Positions 12,270 through 25,360 of a DNA stretch of 64,000 bases are shown piece after piece (the stretch's first letter is position 1; every line of letters begins with the position of its first letter). Both the position numbers and the translations under genes were made by a program. The notes beneath the pieces were generated by a model, which saw nothing but the letters and a program-made list of their open reading frames with translations, did no database searches and was not told the origin of the DNA. The DNA comes from Octopus sinensis. Its lineage: Eukaryota. The stretch is taken from contig NC_042997.1 in assembly GCF_006345805.1 (NCBI RefSeq), forward strand, positions 184,574,001 through 184,638,000. The letters run 5' to 3'.

Positions 12270-14830
12270 TATACATATATGTATATGAATCCATGAATTT
12301 CAAAATAAAATCTCTTAATCTTTTGATATTTTCATTGATCGTTACATCGTGCGCAGTATTTGTGTAAAATTTTATATTCTAAATTCGCGTTTATCCAAAA
12401 CAAAAATGAAACTTAGTGAATGTTACATCGTACTAAAGCTACGTCTGATATTTTCAAGAGAATAGGTAGCTTACAGAAAAAATAGATCAGTTATAAACTA
12501 AGTGCTTTGCTGACACTGTAATGTAATTGTATTTGTATTCAGATACCTTCAGCCAAGATAGTTTTGGTTGAAAAGGGGTTGAGCGGTGGAACACAGGCTT
12601 AGGCTTCACTATACCCAGATCAAGTAGCTGGGTGAGGGTGTATGTTTTAAGATGCAAAAGACCCCGTAATTCCAGCATATAACATTAATGATGTGTCCAT
12701 GCATTGCATCTGTAAATGTATGTTGAACTGTGTTCTTCACAACACTCAGGTCTTGTGTATAAAAAAAGCGGGAGTATCAGTGAAGATAACTCGAACGTAA
12801 TAAACGAACTCGCACAAAATGCCTTGGGAAACAGTATAATGATGTAAACAACTGTCATTCTGAAGAATTTATCTAAGATTTTATTAAAATTATACTATAA
12901 TATATAAATGTTAAGAAATCTCATTATGGCATAGAGTGTCACTTCTAAAGTGAGTTGAATGACGTGAACCTACTTTGGCTACATCAGCAGTTGTAGCGTA
13001 GGTTTTACTGATCTCGATAACGAAAACACTACATCTTAAGAAGGAAGTTGAATTTCTTCACTATCCGCCGGAGGTTTGAAAAGTGATCTATTAAAAAGAG
13101 AAACCCTTTAAATGTCCAAAGGCATCTATCGAGAGATTTGCATAAATTTGATTAGAGCCATCTCGGTAAGCTTTATTTTGAAATATTTGTGCTGCTTTTA
13201 GATCAAATGGCAGAATATTTGTAAAGTAAAAAAAATAAAAAATTGTTTGATGATAAAAGACATAAAGTAATTGTTGGCCGTATAGAAATTCATGGGTTAA
13301 CATGAAAGAATATTTTGAGTGCACGCATCGTGGGTGTTCTTGCGCTGTTGAATTGAATCTCATCGAGAAGCTTTAGAATGCTGCAATAAATTAGTTAACG
13401 AATCATTTTCTCAATAGGTTGCTTTGATAGCTCTAACTACATTCCCTTTGCAATTTCAACACAGTATTTTACAAATATCGACCATTCGTAATTGCAATGG
13501 AAGACTGAATCGGGATTGGATTTGTTGTTGTTGTTAAATCCATACAGTGAGATACTTTAAATGTTGTATTGAAGCAGTATATCGTCCTTCGTATACAATG
13601 AAATCAATTTGTGGTATATACAATTTCATCTCTGAACTATTTTTAGATATATTTGTGAAAGTTGCTACTGACTGATATTTTTGAATTCTAACAAGCAGCA
13701 GGAGACCAATAATATTAATATTTAACGATATAAAACCGCAACATACCGTTTTAGTTTCAGTGTATCACTCTTCAGCTTTTACTAGCTAGATATGACACTT
13801 AGAACATAAAAATCCAGAATTTGATTCTATTAGGAATTGGAATTTCCCTAACTTTATTGTTAATGAGGAGAGAAAGCTCTTTAGTCTCCAGAAAAATGGG
13901 GGAGACAGGGAGAAAGATATTCTGAAACCAGAAACATGGACCAAATAATTGCAACGAAGTGGACACCGCTAAAAGTGCCATGTGGTGTTGTTAAACTAGG
14001 TGACAAATAAATTCTACCAGCCAAGAAGGCGGTTGGTAGAATTTATTGTGGGATTTCTACTAAGAACAAATACATGCACCTCAGCCTGATGTTCTTACAA
14101 TTTCGGTTATTCATCGCTACGCATGAATATTTCTTTCAGCGATTCCGAAAGGAGAAAAGGTAAAGTTGCTATTAGCTGCATATGAACTTTGAGTAGAGAG
14201 CGCTAGAACAAATGTCGCATGGCAGTCTGTCCGGTGCTCTAATGGCACTTCCGGGTCACCGTCAATATTTACTGGTTGAAAAAGAAAAAAAAAAAAAATT
14301 CAGAAAAACGAAATCAAAATATCATAATCACTAGCACAGGTCAAATTTTCAAACTTCTATATCTGAGAGTTGAATTCATAATAACGTTTCCCTCAGTGGA
14401 ATCCTTTTTCTTTCTAAAATATTACAAAAAAAGTCACAAAACATCCAAAACTGAAAGATGATCGCATCCATTATCATATATTTAATGATTTCCGCACGAA
14501 ACACAACTTAGATAAAATATATTATATTTAACTTTCCAGAACTTTTTGTTACTGACTTAACAGTTTCAATAATTTCTACATCGAATTTGATAAGACGCGA
14601 ACATAAATTTATTTATGTAATGTTTTATATCAAAATTGTTGAACTACAGTATCATTGATTATAGATCTCCAAGGGGTCAATTGCTTGTTAATTACATTTC
14701 TGGTGCCAAGAATGACAGTTGAGTATTTGTAAATCATTGCAGAACTAATATAAAAACAACTGCATGTGGGAAGTATTAATATTTCGCTCTTTTTTTTATT
14801 ATGATGATATAGATTAGTAAATTAAATAGA

Positions 14831-15231
14831 GGGTGTGTGGTAAGAAGCTTGCTTCCCAACCATATAGTTCCGGGTTCAGTCCCACTGCGTAGCACTATGA
14901 GTAAGTGTCTTCTACTATAGCCTCGGGAAAGACTAAAGCCTTCTGAGTGGCTTTGCGGATCTGGTAGACGGAAACTGAAAGAAGCCCGTCGTATATATAT
15001 GTATATATATATAGTGGTGTGTGTGTGCCTCTGTTTGTTCCCAGTACCGTCGCATGACAACCGATGTTGGTGTGTTTATATCCTCGTAACTTAGCTGTTC
15101 GGCCAAAGAGACCGATAGAATAAGTACTAGGCTTACAAAGAAAAAGTCCTGGGGTCAGTTTGTTCGACTAAATGCGGTGCTCCAGTATGACCGCGGTCAA
15201 ATGACTGAAACAAGTAAAAGAAGTAAAAGAA
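14831..15231 (+). mobile_element. SINE family C (tRNA-like head, internal (TA)n/(TG)n, (GTAAAAGA) tail)
   Basis: Head GTGTGGTAAG..GGTTCAGTCCC (A/B-box-like); at least 6 homologous copies in the window. Confidence 0.88.
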
Positions 15232-15244
15232 TATATATATGTAT

Positions 15245-15286
<42 letters not shown>

Positions 15287-15811
15287 CAAACGGAAGAAAA
15301 TGCTTTGAGAACTTTTTCAGAGATAAAACCAAAGCAGTATTTATATTTTCATCAACATATGCAACCGGTTTCAATCATTTATAAACAAGATTAATCATAG
15401 ATAAATATAAAAGATAAAAAAAACATTATTTCTCATGATGTCAGTTGTAACGGTTCACATGTTTTTCTTATAAAAATCACATAGTGCTGTTGTGAGCCGT
15501 AGTGGTGGCAGAAGTAACAACTTCTGATAAAAAAGTTCTCCAATTGCTGTTACCACCACGATCCAGCAATAACTAGAAGGAAACGTAATACCAGTAAAGT
15601 GTTTAGCTTTGTAAGAAAAGCATAGAAACCTTCAGAATTGATAAACTGAAAAGCAAATTTATTTCACTATGTTTCTTCTTTTATTTCAGCTTGACTGAAT
15701 TGTCACTTTATGCCACTGAAACCGGTAGCATATTTCTCTAAATGTAATTATGCTATACATATATGTGCGGCCGCGGTCTGATAACTGAGGCAAGTAAAAA
15801 GACAACAAAGA

Positions 15812-15881
<70 letters not shown>

Positions 15882-15994
15882 AAGCAATAAGAGCGAATCC
15901 ACTATGTGGACGCTCTAACGCTAGATATAGGCCACTTGGTGTTTAAATTGATGTTTTTAATTAATATCCATTTTTTTTTCACCCTTATTTTGAC

Positions 15995-16092
<98 letters not shown>

Positions 16093-16177
16093 TTCGAGAC
16101 AAAACCACTATTTTGCAAAACAAACAAGGAAAGACTTAATCAATACATAAAAATTTTTAATATAAAGAAATAAACCG

Positions 16178-16220
16178 CCACTACAATCGTTTCATGTCTT
16201 CAATGACATTCGTCAGGTGG
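16178..16220 (-). ncRNA. Minimal type I hammerhead ribozyme (mirror copy)
   Basis: Exact reverse complement of 16267-16309. Confidence 0.85.
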
Positions 16221-16266
16221 ATTTTCGATCTCCTAATCTGTTTTGACAGATTAGGAGATCGAAAAT

Positions 16267-16309
16267 CCACCTGACGAATGTCATTGAAGACATGAAACGA
16301 TTGTAGTGG
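16267..16309 (+). ncRNA. Minimal type I hammerhead ribozyme
   Basis: CCAC-CTGACGA-ATGTC-attgaa-GACAT-GAAAC-gatt-GTA-GTGG: complete core, stem I CCAC/GTGG, 5-bp stem II, 2-bp stem III, GUA cleavage triplet. Confidence 0.85.
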
Positions 16310-16480
16310 CGGTTTATTTCTTTATATTAAAAATTTTTATGTATTGATTAAGTCTTTCCTTGTTTGTTTTGCAAAATAGTGGTTTTGTCTCGAATTATAT
16401 TATATAATATTTTACTATAAAATTGGGTTTAATCCTAAATCTGATTTTTTTCCTGTAAATTTGGATTTATTCCCTAATAT

Positions 16481-16556
<76 letters not shown>

Positions 16557-16689
16557 GTGAAAAACAGAGCCATCAACCTCTTGCCGTTCAGTTGGGCTGT
16601 TTTATAAGTTTTATAATGGAAAGGTAAAATCTGAGCGACTAGGTGCTATTAAGAACATGAGGTACTCGTATGTTTCCCAGTCGAATAAC

Positions 16690-18100
16690 AATCCTTGACA
16701 TATGTATCTACAACTCCAGGTCTTAGGAAAGGAAAACCGGTACATCTAATGAGAGAGAAAATTAAAATGAAATGTAACATGCTCAGACTCAGGGGAACGA
16801 GGTGAAGTGAAACTTTAAATTCGCGATAGGAAAGACAGTGTGCGAGAGTAATAGGTGGCATACGTTTCATCGTAAGTAAAAAATGAGCGTAGAAAAATGG
16901 CGTCTCGGACTTTGTCGTCAGACTTCGCGGTGCTAAACGTTCGTCTCTCAGGAAATACTATGCTCAAGATTGTCCAAACTTATGCTCATACGTGTAACAG
17001 CATAGATGATGAAGTGGAGAAATTCTAAAACGGTTTGCTTTCTTACAAATCCACTTGCATTGATCGGAAAAGTGCCCGTAGGGTGAGAAACAAGTTGGAA
17101 AATTTAGATTGGGAAGGGAAATGAATGACAAGAATGTTTGATCAACATAACAGCGAGGTAAAGAGATTAAATCGGGAACTGTCAGCTTAGAATAAATATC
17201 TGGAAAATGATGAACCTAGTCAACCCAAAGACTCAATCTCAACATGAGATCGATTACACTCTAGTCGACAAACGACACATATGCAGGACATATTAGGCAT
17301 ACCTGAACTGAGACCCCCTTCGGTCACGACACTGACCATGAGATTGCACCTAGAAAGTTACGTTCCCAGGCACAAGTCCGGGCAAGGTTATTTATGGAAG
17401 ACCAGTAGTCGCCCATTCATACCAGCCTCCCCTCTCCATGCCACCAGTGTTATCCAAGGGGAAAAGGCAACGGCTGGTACAGCTTGGCACCTGTGACGTC
17501 GCCACTCATTTCTACAGCTGAGTGAACTGGAGTAACGTGAAATAAAGTGTCTTGCTCAAGAATACAACACGCAGCCCGGTCCGGGATTCGAATTCACAAT
17601 CTCACGATTGTAAGCTCGACGCTCTAACCACTGAGCGATGCGCCTTCACTATACTAACACCATTCACAATACTAACAACGACCATAGCTCTATTTCATAT
17701 TTTAGATCGAGCGAAATTCTTAAGTGTCTGAAGATGAAAGTACCATAAATTCAGCATTTCCTGGAAGCGAACACATGTTCTAGAAGGAATAGAATATTAT
17801 CAATTGCCTCAAAGCTTTGTCTTCGTAGATTATGAAAAGGTTTTCGATGGCGCTGTGTTGAATGTAGTGATTAAGTCTCTAGAGATGGAAGGAGTCGAAA
17901 CACAGTATCTCAAACATATACGTGCGATGAACTCGGGGTGTACCGACAATACAGCTTTGCTCTCATCACTCGTTAGAGTTCATGTTGGTATGCTTGTCAA
18001 ACTAGGGGTTACCATCTTTCTAAAGCTCTTCACCGAATGTCTTGAAATGGTCAACAGAGACATTGATTGGACGACATCGTATTCATCAGAGAAACCTCAA
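16690..18100 (+). mobile_element. Degenerate RTE-clade LINE (APE and RT fragments), interrupted by a SINE
   Basis: LDICIYNSRS (APE start), GGIRFIV, MLKIVQTYAHTCNSIDDEVEKF (cf. QVYAPT..DEEVE.FY), FVDYEKVFD..QYLKHI..VKLGVTIFLKLFTECLEMV.RDIDW (RT). Confidence 0.78.
17311..17649 (-). mobile_element. tRNA-derived SINE with CORE-like central domain (family D; OR2-like from memory)
   Basis: Minus strand: GCTCAGTGGTTAGAGC (A-box) ..AATTCGAATCCC (B-box), then TTCTTGAGCAAGACACTTTATTTCACG..CAGCTGTAGAAATGAG, resembling the CORE consensus. Second copy at 30927. Confidence 0.82.
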
Positions 18101-18197
18101 TTCGTCTGCACACCAGCTGGGCAAGAGCCTGCAGGACAATCTCGTCAATTGGTACCGTCTGATCTGCACCTTATATATTAATGAGATCTGAGATAAC

Positions 18198-18720
18198 TTT
18201 CTTTATTTGCCACACAGGGCTGAATATAGAGGGGACAAATAAAAAAATTTAGCTTTTCTTTTCGAAGTTGGAAAAAAAAGGAACAAAAAAGGAAACAAAT
18301 GTAAAATTTCGATCAAAAGGGATTGGAAAAAAAAGGCGATCAAAAGGGATCGTGTATCACAGAAACAATTTTTTTTAAAGTAAGAAACAAGATTAGGTTC
18401 ATCCGTGGGAAGAAAAGCCTACAGAAAAGACCAATACGAAAGAGAAAGAAAAGCAAGTAGCTATGACACAGAGGGCCATTGAAAGACCCATGATAAGAAC
18501 ATTATTGCGAGAGCGTATCTCAAATAGGGTAATTCGAAAATAGAGTGCAGTGAAGGTACAAGCTCCGCTGAGTGGGACATGTTGCAAGGCACACTGACAG
18601 AAGACGAACCTGTCAGTGATATCCAAGAGATCGGAAGTGACCACTCCGAAGACCGCCAAGATGGTGAGAAGATGGCATGCAAAAACTGCGGACCCATTTT
18701 GAATAGAAGAGTGCAATCGA
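18198..18720 (-). mobile_element. 5'-truncated 3' end of a Tx1-family relative of the 43.9-48.4 kb element
   Basis: Shares 3' UTR blocks TGGTCTTTTC.GTAGGCTTTT..CCACGG and TTTCTGTGATA.ACGATCCCT.TTGATC, plus the terminal 43 nt (36/43 identical) with 48339-48381. Confidence 0.8.
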
Positions 18721-19611
18721 TGAACGGAAATGCATTATGACCTGCGATGTTTAAGGATATCTGATAGTCGGGTCAATAAAAGAAGAGCTATCAACGATTA
18801 CACCCACTCCTTATTGTATGTGTCCATTTAATTTTCAATGAATTCAAATTTTGGAATTCTGTCCTTTTCTTTCTTTGACGAGAATGTTCATTAACGCTAA
18901 TGATTTTTGTCTTCCTTCTACGGGCGAAATTTTAATTCTTTAATGCTCTCTCAATTAACGCACTTACAAAAAACTGTGAAAACAAAACCAGCCATCCAAA
19001 AGAAAATACCTTAATTTCAAGTCAATGTAATTATAAGATTTTTAAATTTCATATTTCTTGAAATTTTAATAAATTATTATATTGTCTTTTAATTTTTGAT
19101 TAGTTTGTTAAAAGTAACTTTCAGCTGACTGTGTGTAAATAATGTTTTGTAATGTAATTTCTCACATACTATGACGTAATTCACTGTATATATTTTAATA
19201 TTTTATTGCTATCTTTCCAGAAGAAGGGAAAATTATAATACCTAATTAACAATCGTATATGGATTGCTGTAGGATTTACTGAAAACAACGCTGTGACAGT
19301 AGTAAATGTAACTCGTAACCTGATTGTGACTTGCGATGTACTTTTTGTGTATTTGGTCTGAGATCTCATGCTACTCATTTATACTGATTTTATTTTATAA
19401 AAATAGAATCACTTCATTCAACAGAGTAATATCTAACTGGAAACAACGTGCGCATTATTAATAAGTCATCGTGACCAGCTAAGGTTAATAGCGACATAAA
19501 CCTTATACCATACTTATTGTCTCTAAGATGAACAACACAGTAAATAACGAAGTCCTGAATACACTGTACCATAATAACTGACGAGATCTCGTGGCTGCTA
19601 TATGAGAGTTT

Positions 19612-20285
19612 ATCAGGGGCGTCGACTTTGCCTTTCATCCTTTCGGGGTCGATAAATTAAGTACCAGTTACGCACTGGGGTCGATGTAATCGACGTCATC
19701 CCTTTGTCTGTTCTTGTTTGTTCCCTCTATGTTTAGCCCCTTGTGGGCAATAAAGAAATAATAAACATTAGCACGCCGGTCAAAATGCTTAGCGGTATTT
19801 CGTCTGCCGTTACGTTCTGAGTTCAAATTCCGCCGAGGTCGACTTTGCCTTTCATCCTTTCAGGGTTGATAAATTAAGTACCATTTACGCACCGGGGTCG
19901 ATATAATCGACTTAATCTGTTTGTCTGTCCTTGTTTGTCATCTCTGTGTTTAGCCCCTTGTGGGTAGTAAAGAAATAGGTATTTCGTTCTAAGCTCGACT
20001 TTGCCTTTCATCCTTTCGGAGTCGATAAATTAAATACCATTTAGGTACTAGGATCGATCTAATGGACTAACCCCTCCCCTAAAATTTCGGGCCTTGTGCC
20101 TAGAGTAGAAAAGATTATGTGTGTATAAGGGTGAGGAATTGATAAAATCGTTATACCTCCTGTAAGAATGTCTCCTGGGATTCATTCTAACACTCAACGT
20201 TCTGAGTTCAAGTTCCGCCAAGGTCAGCTGAACTCGATTTTATCAGGTAACATCCTTCCCCAAATTTTCAGCCCGAGTGTCTATA
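19612..20285 (+). mobile_element. Tandem cluster of about four family B SINE copies (one near full length, others truncated)
   Basis: Core GACTTTGCCTTTCATCCTTTC..GATAAATTAA recurs at about 19622, 19840 and 19996, with a decayed head at about 20200. Confidence 0.85.
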
Positions 20286-21312
20286 ATATAATTAACTATG
20301 AGTATTAATACTACAACTTATTTGAGGAATTATTATACCTTCACTTTTTTACATATCTTCTAATGTGAATTTATAACGCATATTTTGTTTTCTTATAACA
20401 TCAACAAATATTGAAATATTATTTTAGTAAACGCCATCAATTAACTATTTCAGATTGTAAACCTAAGGCATGCCTGTATTTGAATGAAATAGTATTTAAT
20501 GCCTGGATCTGCTAAACTTTATTTCTAAGATTTGCTGGAATAGGTGTGACCTGGAGCTAATAAACAACTAATTCAATTTACTTTTCCAAATAATTCCCCT
20601 TTCGTTATAAAAGCATACACTAAAAATAGGTTGCTTCATAAGAATTTTTAAAAATTCCGAAAAATCTTATTTATGACTTGTGGGTATAATTATATCCGAA
20701 TAACTGCATTCTAGAAGTTTAAACACAATACACCCCACTTATCTATCTCTATTCTGTACTTCACTTCGCATATATCTTGCTACCTTCTACAGCTATCCTC
20801 ATTAACTGGTCGTTTCGCAACTTTGTATTTCATATGCAATACTCCTCTGTTATTTGTTGTTGAAAATCCCTGGCAAACTTTAAAAATTACTTTTTCAATT
20901 GCAGAAACGCTTTAAATGATCTTTTCCTTATGCAGACAATCAATGGTAATCTTGGATTCCGGTTTTTATCTCCACACATTTTCTCAATGAAAATTTTATG
21001 AATTAAAAATTCCATTAACAGTATCGCCCAAGGAATATGTTATGGCTCTCAATATACCGCTGTACGACTATTCTTCTTCGATGATAGATATATTCGGCCC
21101 TTCTCAAACCGTAGTTTGATATTCAGCATTTGTGCCAATGTACATAATGTAACTTGCTGTGTAAATGTTTACACACATAGTGAATTATACCGGAAGAACT
21201 GCCTTCCTTCGGATGGTTTTTTACTGGTATAAATAAAGAAAAGATTACATAATCATACACCTATTTGTTACACACACACACGCATGCACACACACACATG
21301 CACACACACATG

Positions 21313-21346
<34 letters not shown>

Positions 21347-21349
21347 ATA

Positions 21350-21445
21350 GCGCGTGACCGTACATTGACCATGAAAGAGAAAGTTGAGCAGAGAATCTGC
21401 ATCAAATTTTGCCTAAAGCTTGGCGATACTTGCTCAGAGGCCTAC
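21350..21445 (+). mobile_element. Mariner transposase N-terminal fragment, same family, opposite orientation
   Basis: MKEKVEQRICIKFCLKLGDTCSEAYA (cf. EQR.CIKFC.KLG); homologous to about 21800-21870 on the minus strand. Confidence 0.75.
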
Positions 21446-22047
21446 GCAACGTCTTCAAATAGTTTTCATTGTTCTCGACACAATCAAGGAGATTTTATGC
21501 ATCTGAACCCCGAGTGTCTTTTTGATTCGTTGAAGGCAGTTTTGGCACAACCTCGGTAGACACACGTCCCATACTCATATCTTCAATGCTAATGGACTGA
21601 ACTGAAGCGTAACTAATCTGCATATCTGATAACTCACAGATGGTGATTTGACGATTTCCTCCTCACAGCTGCACGTACATCTGCGATGTTTGGTTGCGGT
21701 TGCCCCAAAATGTTCGTCAATATCGACATTTTTCGGCCATCTTGTAAACGTCTGAAAACTTGCGTGCATCTCATACACACTTCTCTATACACTTTCTGCA
21801 ACTTTGCATAGGCCTCTGCATAGATATCACCATGGCAACTTTCTCTCTCAGAGTCAACGCGATGATCACACTCTACAGACGTTTCTTCCAAGCACTGCTG
21901 CAAACAGCGGAAGTAATCTAGAACTTTAAAACCTAGTGCACATACAGAGCAGAGGAGGTCAAGGTCAATATATGCCAAGCAGCTTCACGTTGCGCGCTTT
22001 AGGTTCGTTTCTATGGCAATAGTCCGGATATTTATTGATCAGAACTC

Positions 22048-22050
<3 letters not shown>
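21445..22050 (-). mobile_element. Mariner-type transposon, 5' half with TIR
   Basis: Begins TA-TGAGTTCTGATCAATAAATATCCGGACT (mariner-like TIR). Encodes EAYAKLQKVYREVCMRCTQVF..DGR.S (HTH) and MSMGRVSTEVVPKL..NQK..NLLDCVENNENYLKT (cf. MRRVSAKFVPKLL). Confidence 0.8.
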
Positions 22051-22098
<48 letters not shown>

Positions 22099-22394
22099 CA
22101 TTATTGGTGAATTGAAGAAATGGAGCTGAACGCAGATTGAACAGAAATCGTTTTATTTCATTCTACACGTGTTTCGAAAGGCACAAATTACCAAAATCTG
22201 ATTGAATAATGGGACCATATTGTGTCTTTCTCTTCAGGAAGAAAATAGGAAATCCGTTGGAAAAACAAAAACAGAACAGAGGCGGAGCAAAAACAAATCG
22301 AACTATGCTCCTAAGAGCCCATGGCGAAACTCTACTAAGGTATCGGTTAAACTTTTGATTAATCTACTACAAGATTATTCATCTTTCTATTTCA

Positions 22395-22580
<186 letters not shown>

Positions 22581-22586
22581 TATATC

Positions 22587-23080
22587 TGGAGGCGCAATGG
22601 CCCAATGGCCCAATGGTTACGGCAGCGGACTCGCGATCGTAGGATCGCGGTTTCGATTCCCAGGCCGGGTATTGTGAGTGTTTATTGAGCGAAAACACCT
22701 AAAGCTCCACGAGGCTCCGACAGGGGGTGGTGGTAAACCCTGCTGTGCTCTTTCACCACATCTTTCTCTCACTCTTTCTTACTGTTTCTGTTGTACTTGT
22801 ATTTCAAAGGGCCAGGCTAGACACACACTTTGTCCCGCTGAATCTCCCCGAGAACTACGTGAAGAGTACACGAGTCTGTGGAGTGCTCAGCCACTTGCAC
22901 GTTAATAAATGAGCTGCGACGTCACTTTGCCTTTCCCTTGGATAGCATCGATGGCGTGGAGAGGGGGGCTGGTATGCGTGGGCGATTACTGGTCTTCCAT
23001 AAACAACCTTGCCCGGACTTGTACTTCGGAGGGTAACTTTCTAGGTGCAATCCCATGGTCATTCATGACCGAAGGGGGTC
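22587..23080 (+). mobile_element. Composite SINE: family A head/body + middle module + family D tail
   Basis: 22587-22790 matches family A (32615-32790, minus strand); 22907-23080 matches the tail of family D (17311-17520, minus strand); the middle module recurs at about 58065-58135 (minus strand). Confidence 0.75.
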
Positions 23081-23755
23081 AAAACAAAAATGTATATATA
23101 TATACACATGTTTATATCTATGTATAGATATGTATATATGTATATATATATATATAATATATATATACGTACACAGGTATATGCATATATTAGCATACAC
23201 ACACGCGCACACACATATGTGTCTGGTATTTAAATGCGTGTGTGTGAGTACATTTGTAAGTGCGCGTGGTCGTTTGTTAAGTAGAGTGTATTGAACTGGG
23301 TGAGGGTCAAGCATTGCAACTCAATGCCATTGCGACCTGCCGATGACATTTTATTATATTATTATATTATTATATATTATTAAAATATATTAAGATATTA
23401 ACTGTTGAAATATTTCAACGCCTTATACGGTCGTTTTACTTAATAGAGCGCTCCGTATGTTGGCTTTTACGCACGCAAATACGTGCAATATAATAAGAAA
23501 TTTAATCTGAAATTTCATACTTGAACATACGCTCATTATTTGCATGCACTTTCACTTTCGTTCTCTCGCCTATTCTGCATGCACACACATGTATAAAGTA
23601 AAGCGATGCAAAGAATATTCATACGCAACAGTTAGCCACTCTTGCATAAATGAAGTAAAATATTATGCAAGCAACAATATTATCTCCCTTGAATACAGCA
23701 GGTCATTGAGGTCATCGTGACATAACACACGCATCAAAACGCCAATACAATATGG

Positions 23756-23798
<43 letters not shown>

Positions 23799-23944
23799 TG
23801 TGTGCATGTGTACATATGTACAGCTTCAGATACTCCCAAAAGATATCATTTCAAGGCTATTGTTATGATATATCGAACAGAGGAAACATTTGCATTTTTG
23901 TCAGCTACTGAACAGTAAGAAGGGTTCAAATACGATAACAAATT

Positions 23945-23954
23945 ACTACTGCTG

Positions 23955-24017
<63 letters not shown>

Positions 24018-24179
24018 AAATTCTAGTTGTCATGGGAAATCGTTTATAGTTATAGTATTGCAAATAAGAACACACATGAAAGCAAACCACATCCTAAACC
24101 TTTTGTTTCTTTACTTTTTTCTCTCTATCTATCTGTCTATCTTTCTATCTATCTGTCTGTCTATCTGTCTGTCTGACTG

Positions 24180-24244
<65 letters not shown>

Positions 24245-24263
24245 TTATCTAACTATCTATCTA

Positions 24264-24322
<59 letters not shown>

Positions 24323-24340
24323 ATATCTATCTATCCATCA
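23945..24340. repeat. (CTA)n and (TATC)n microsatellites
   Basis: Direct reading. Confidence 0.95.
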
Positions 24341-25309
24341 ATCTATCCTCCACTCATTCCTATATTTTGTTATACTTATTCTTCACACAATCGCCCCTCC
24401 CACCAAGAGAAAACAGTACAGGATTTCTTCAGATTATAGTATTTGCGCAGTAACAAGAAATATCAAATTGACAAATTACTTATTTATTATTATTTTGAAG
24501 AAGGATATAGGATGGGAACTAAGATATAGTAAATCTCCTCCATATTCCTGAATATGACTGTCAGTGATTGTTTAGAATTTATTCTTTGTGTTTTGCGAAT
24601 AATGTTTATCAGTGACTGGAAAAAAAACTCCCAAAACAATCAAATAGTTTTGGATATAAATCATAGTTTCTTAGGACATTTTGTACAAAACGAAACGAAA
24701 AGGATAAAAAATTACTGACTAGTACTGATTCACTTGTATGCATTATTTATGAATGTTAATTTTTGAGACGTGATCACACAAGAACAAAAGAGAAGGAATA
24801 AGAAAGAAAAAAAATGAAAATAAAAAGAAACCCAGGAAGAAAAGAGCAGGAAACTGTAGGAATAGTTCGTTCTCTATGAAATATTCTACGTATAATTTAT
24901 ACAATTCGGAATATATTTGTTCCCATAGTTATCCATTCTCCCCAAGTAAAGCAAAGCGATGTTTAAGTTTATCAAACGGCAATATAAAAAATAAACTATT
25001 ACTACAAATTTGTATGGTGGAAGAGGACCATTTTCGAATAACAGAAGAAGGTAGCTATTAAGAAACGTACTGATACATAATATATGTACAGATTACGGGC
25101 GCACACACATACACACATGTACAGACACGTCCCTACACATGTATGTATGTACAGAGAAATGCAACAAAGTAAATGTGATAGTATTTGTCGTATGGACGAG
25201 TGAATTATGATCGATGATACATACATACATATATATTTTTATATATATAATATATAAGTACACACACATATGTTTATATATATATGTATGCATATATATA
25301 TATATAATA

Positions 25310-25360
<51 letters not shown>

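Larger units (their letters stand above)
16090..16397. repeat. Perfect palindrome (152-bp arms, 4-nt loop), Penelope-like pseudo-LTR type
   Basis: 16090-16241 is the exact reverse complement of 16246-16397; loop TTTG; flanked by (TA)n. Confidence 0.97.

Noticed and set aside
12487-12850. Possible host exons (MLELRGLLHLKTY.. on -; ..SGSISEDNSNVINELAQNALGNSIMM* on +)
   Set aside because: Short, no recognisable domain, no consistent splice partners; cannot be supported without RNA-seq.
15359-15732. Inverted pair of GAAACCGGT motifs resembling hammerhead 3' halves
   Set aside because: No intact CUGANGA upstream of either; at most decayed PLE remnants.
17575-17649. tRNA-like sequences (also about 22587, 31200, 32720, 59464)
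   Set aside because: A/B boxes present but no convincing cloverleaf; they are heads of multi-copy SINEs.
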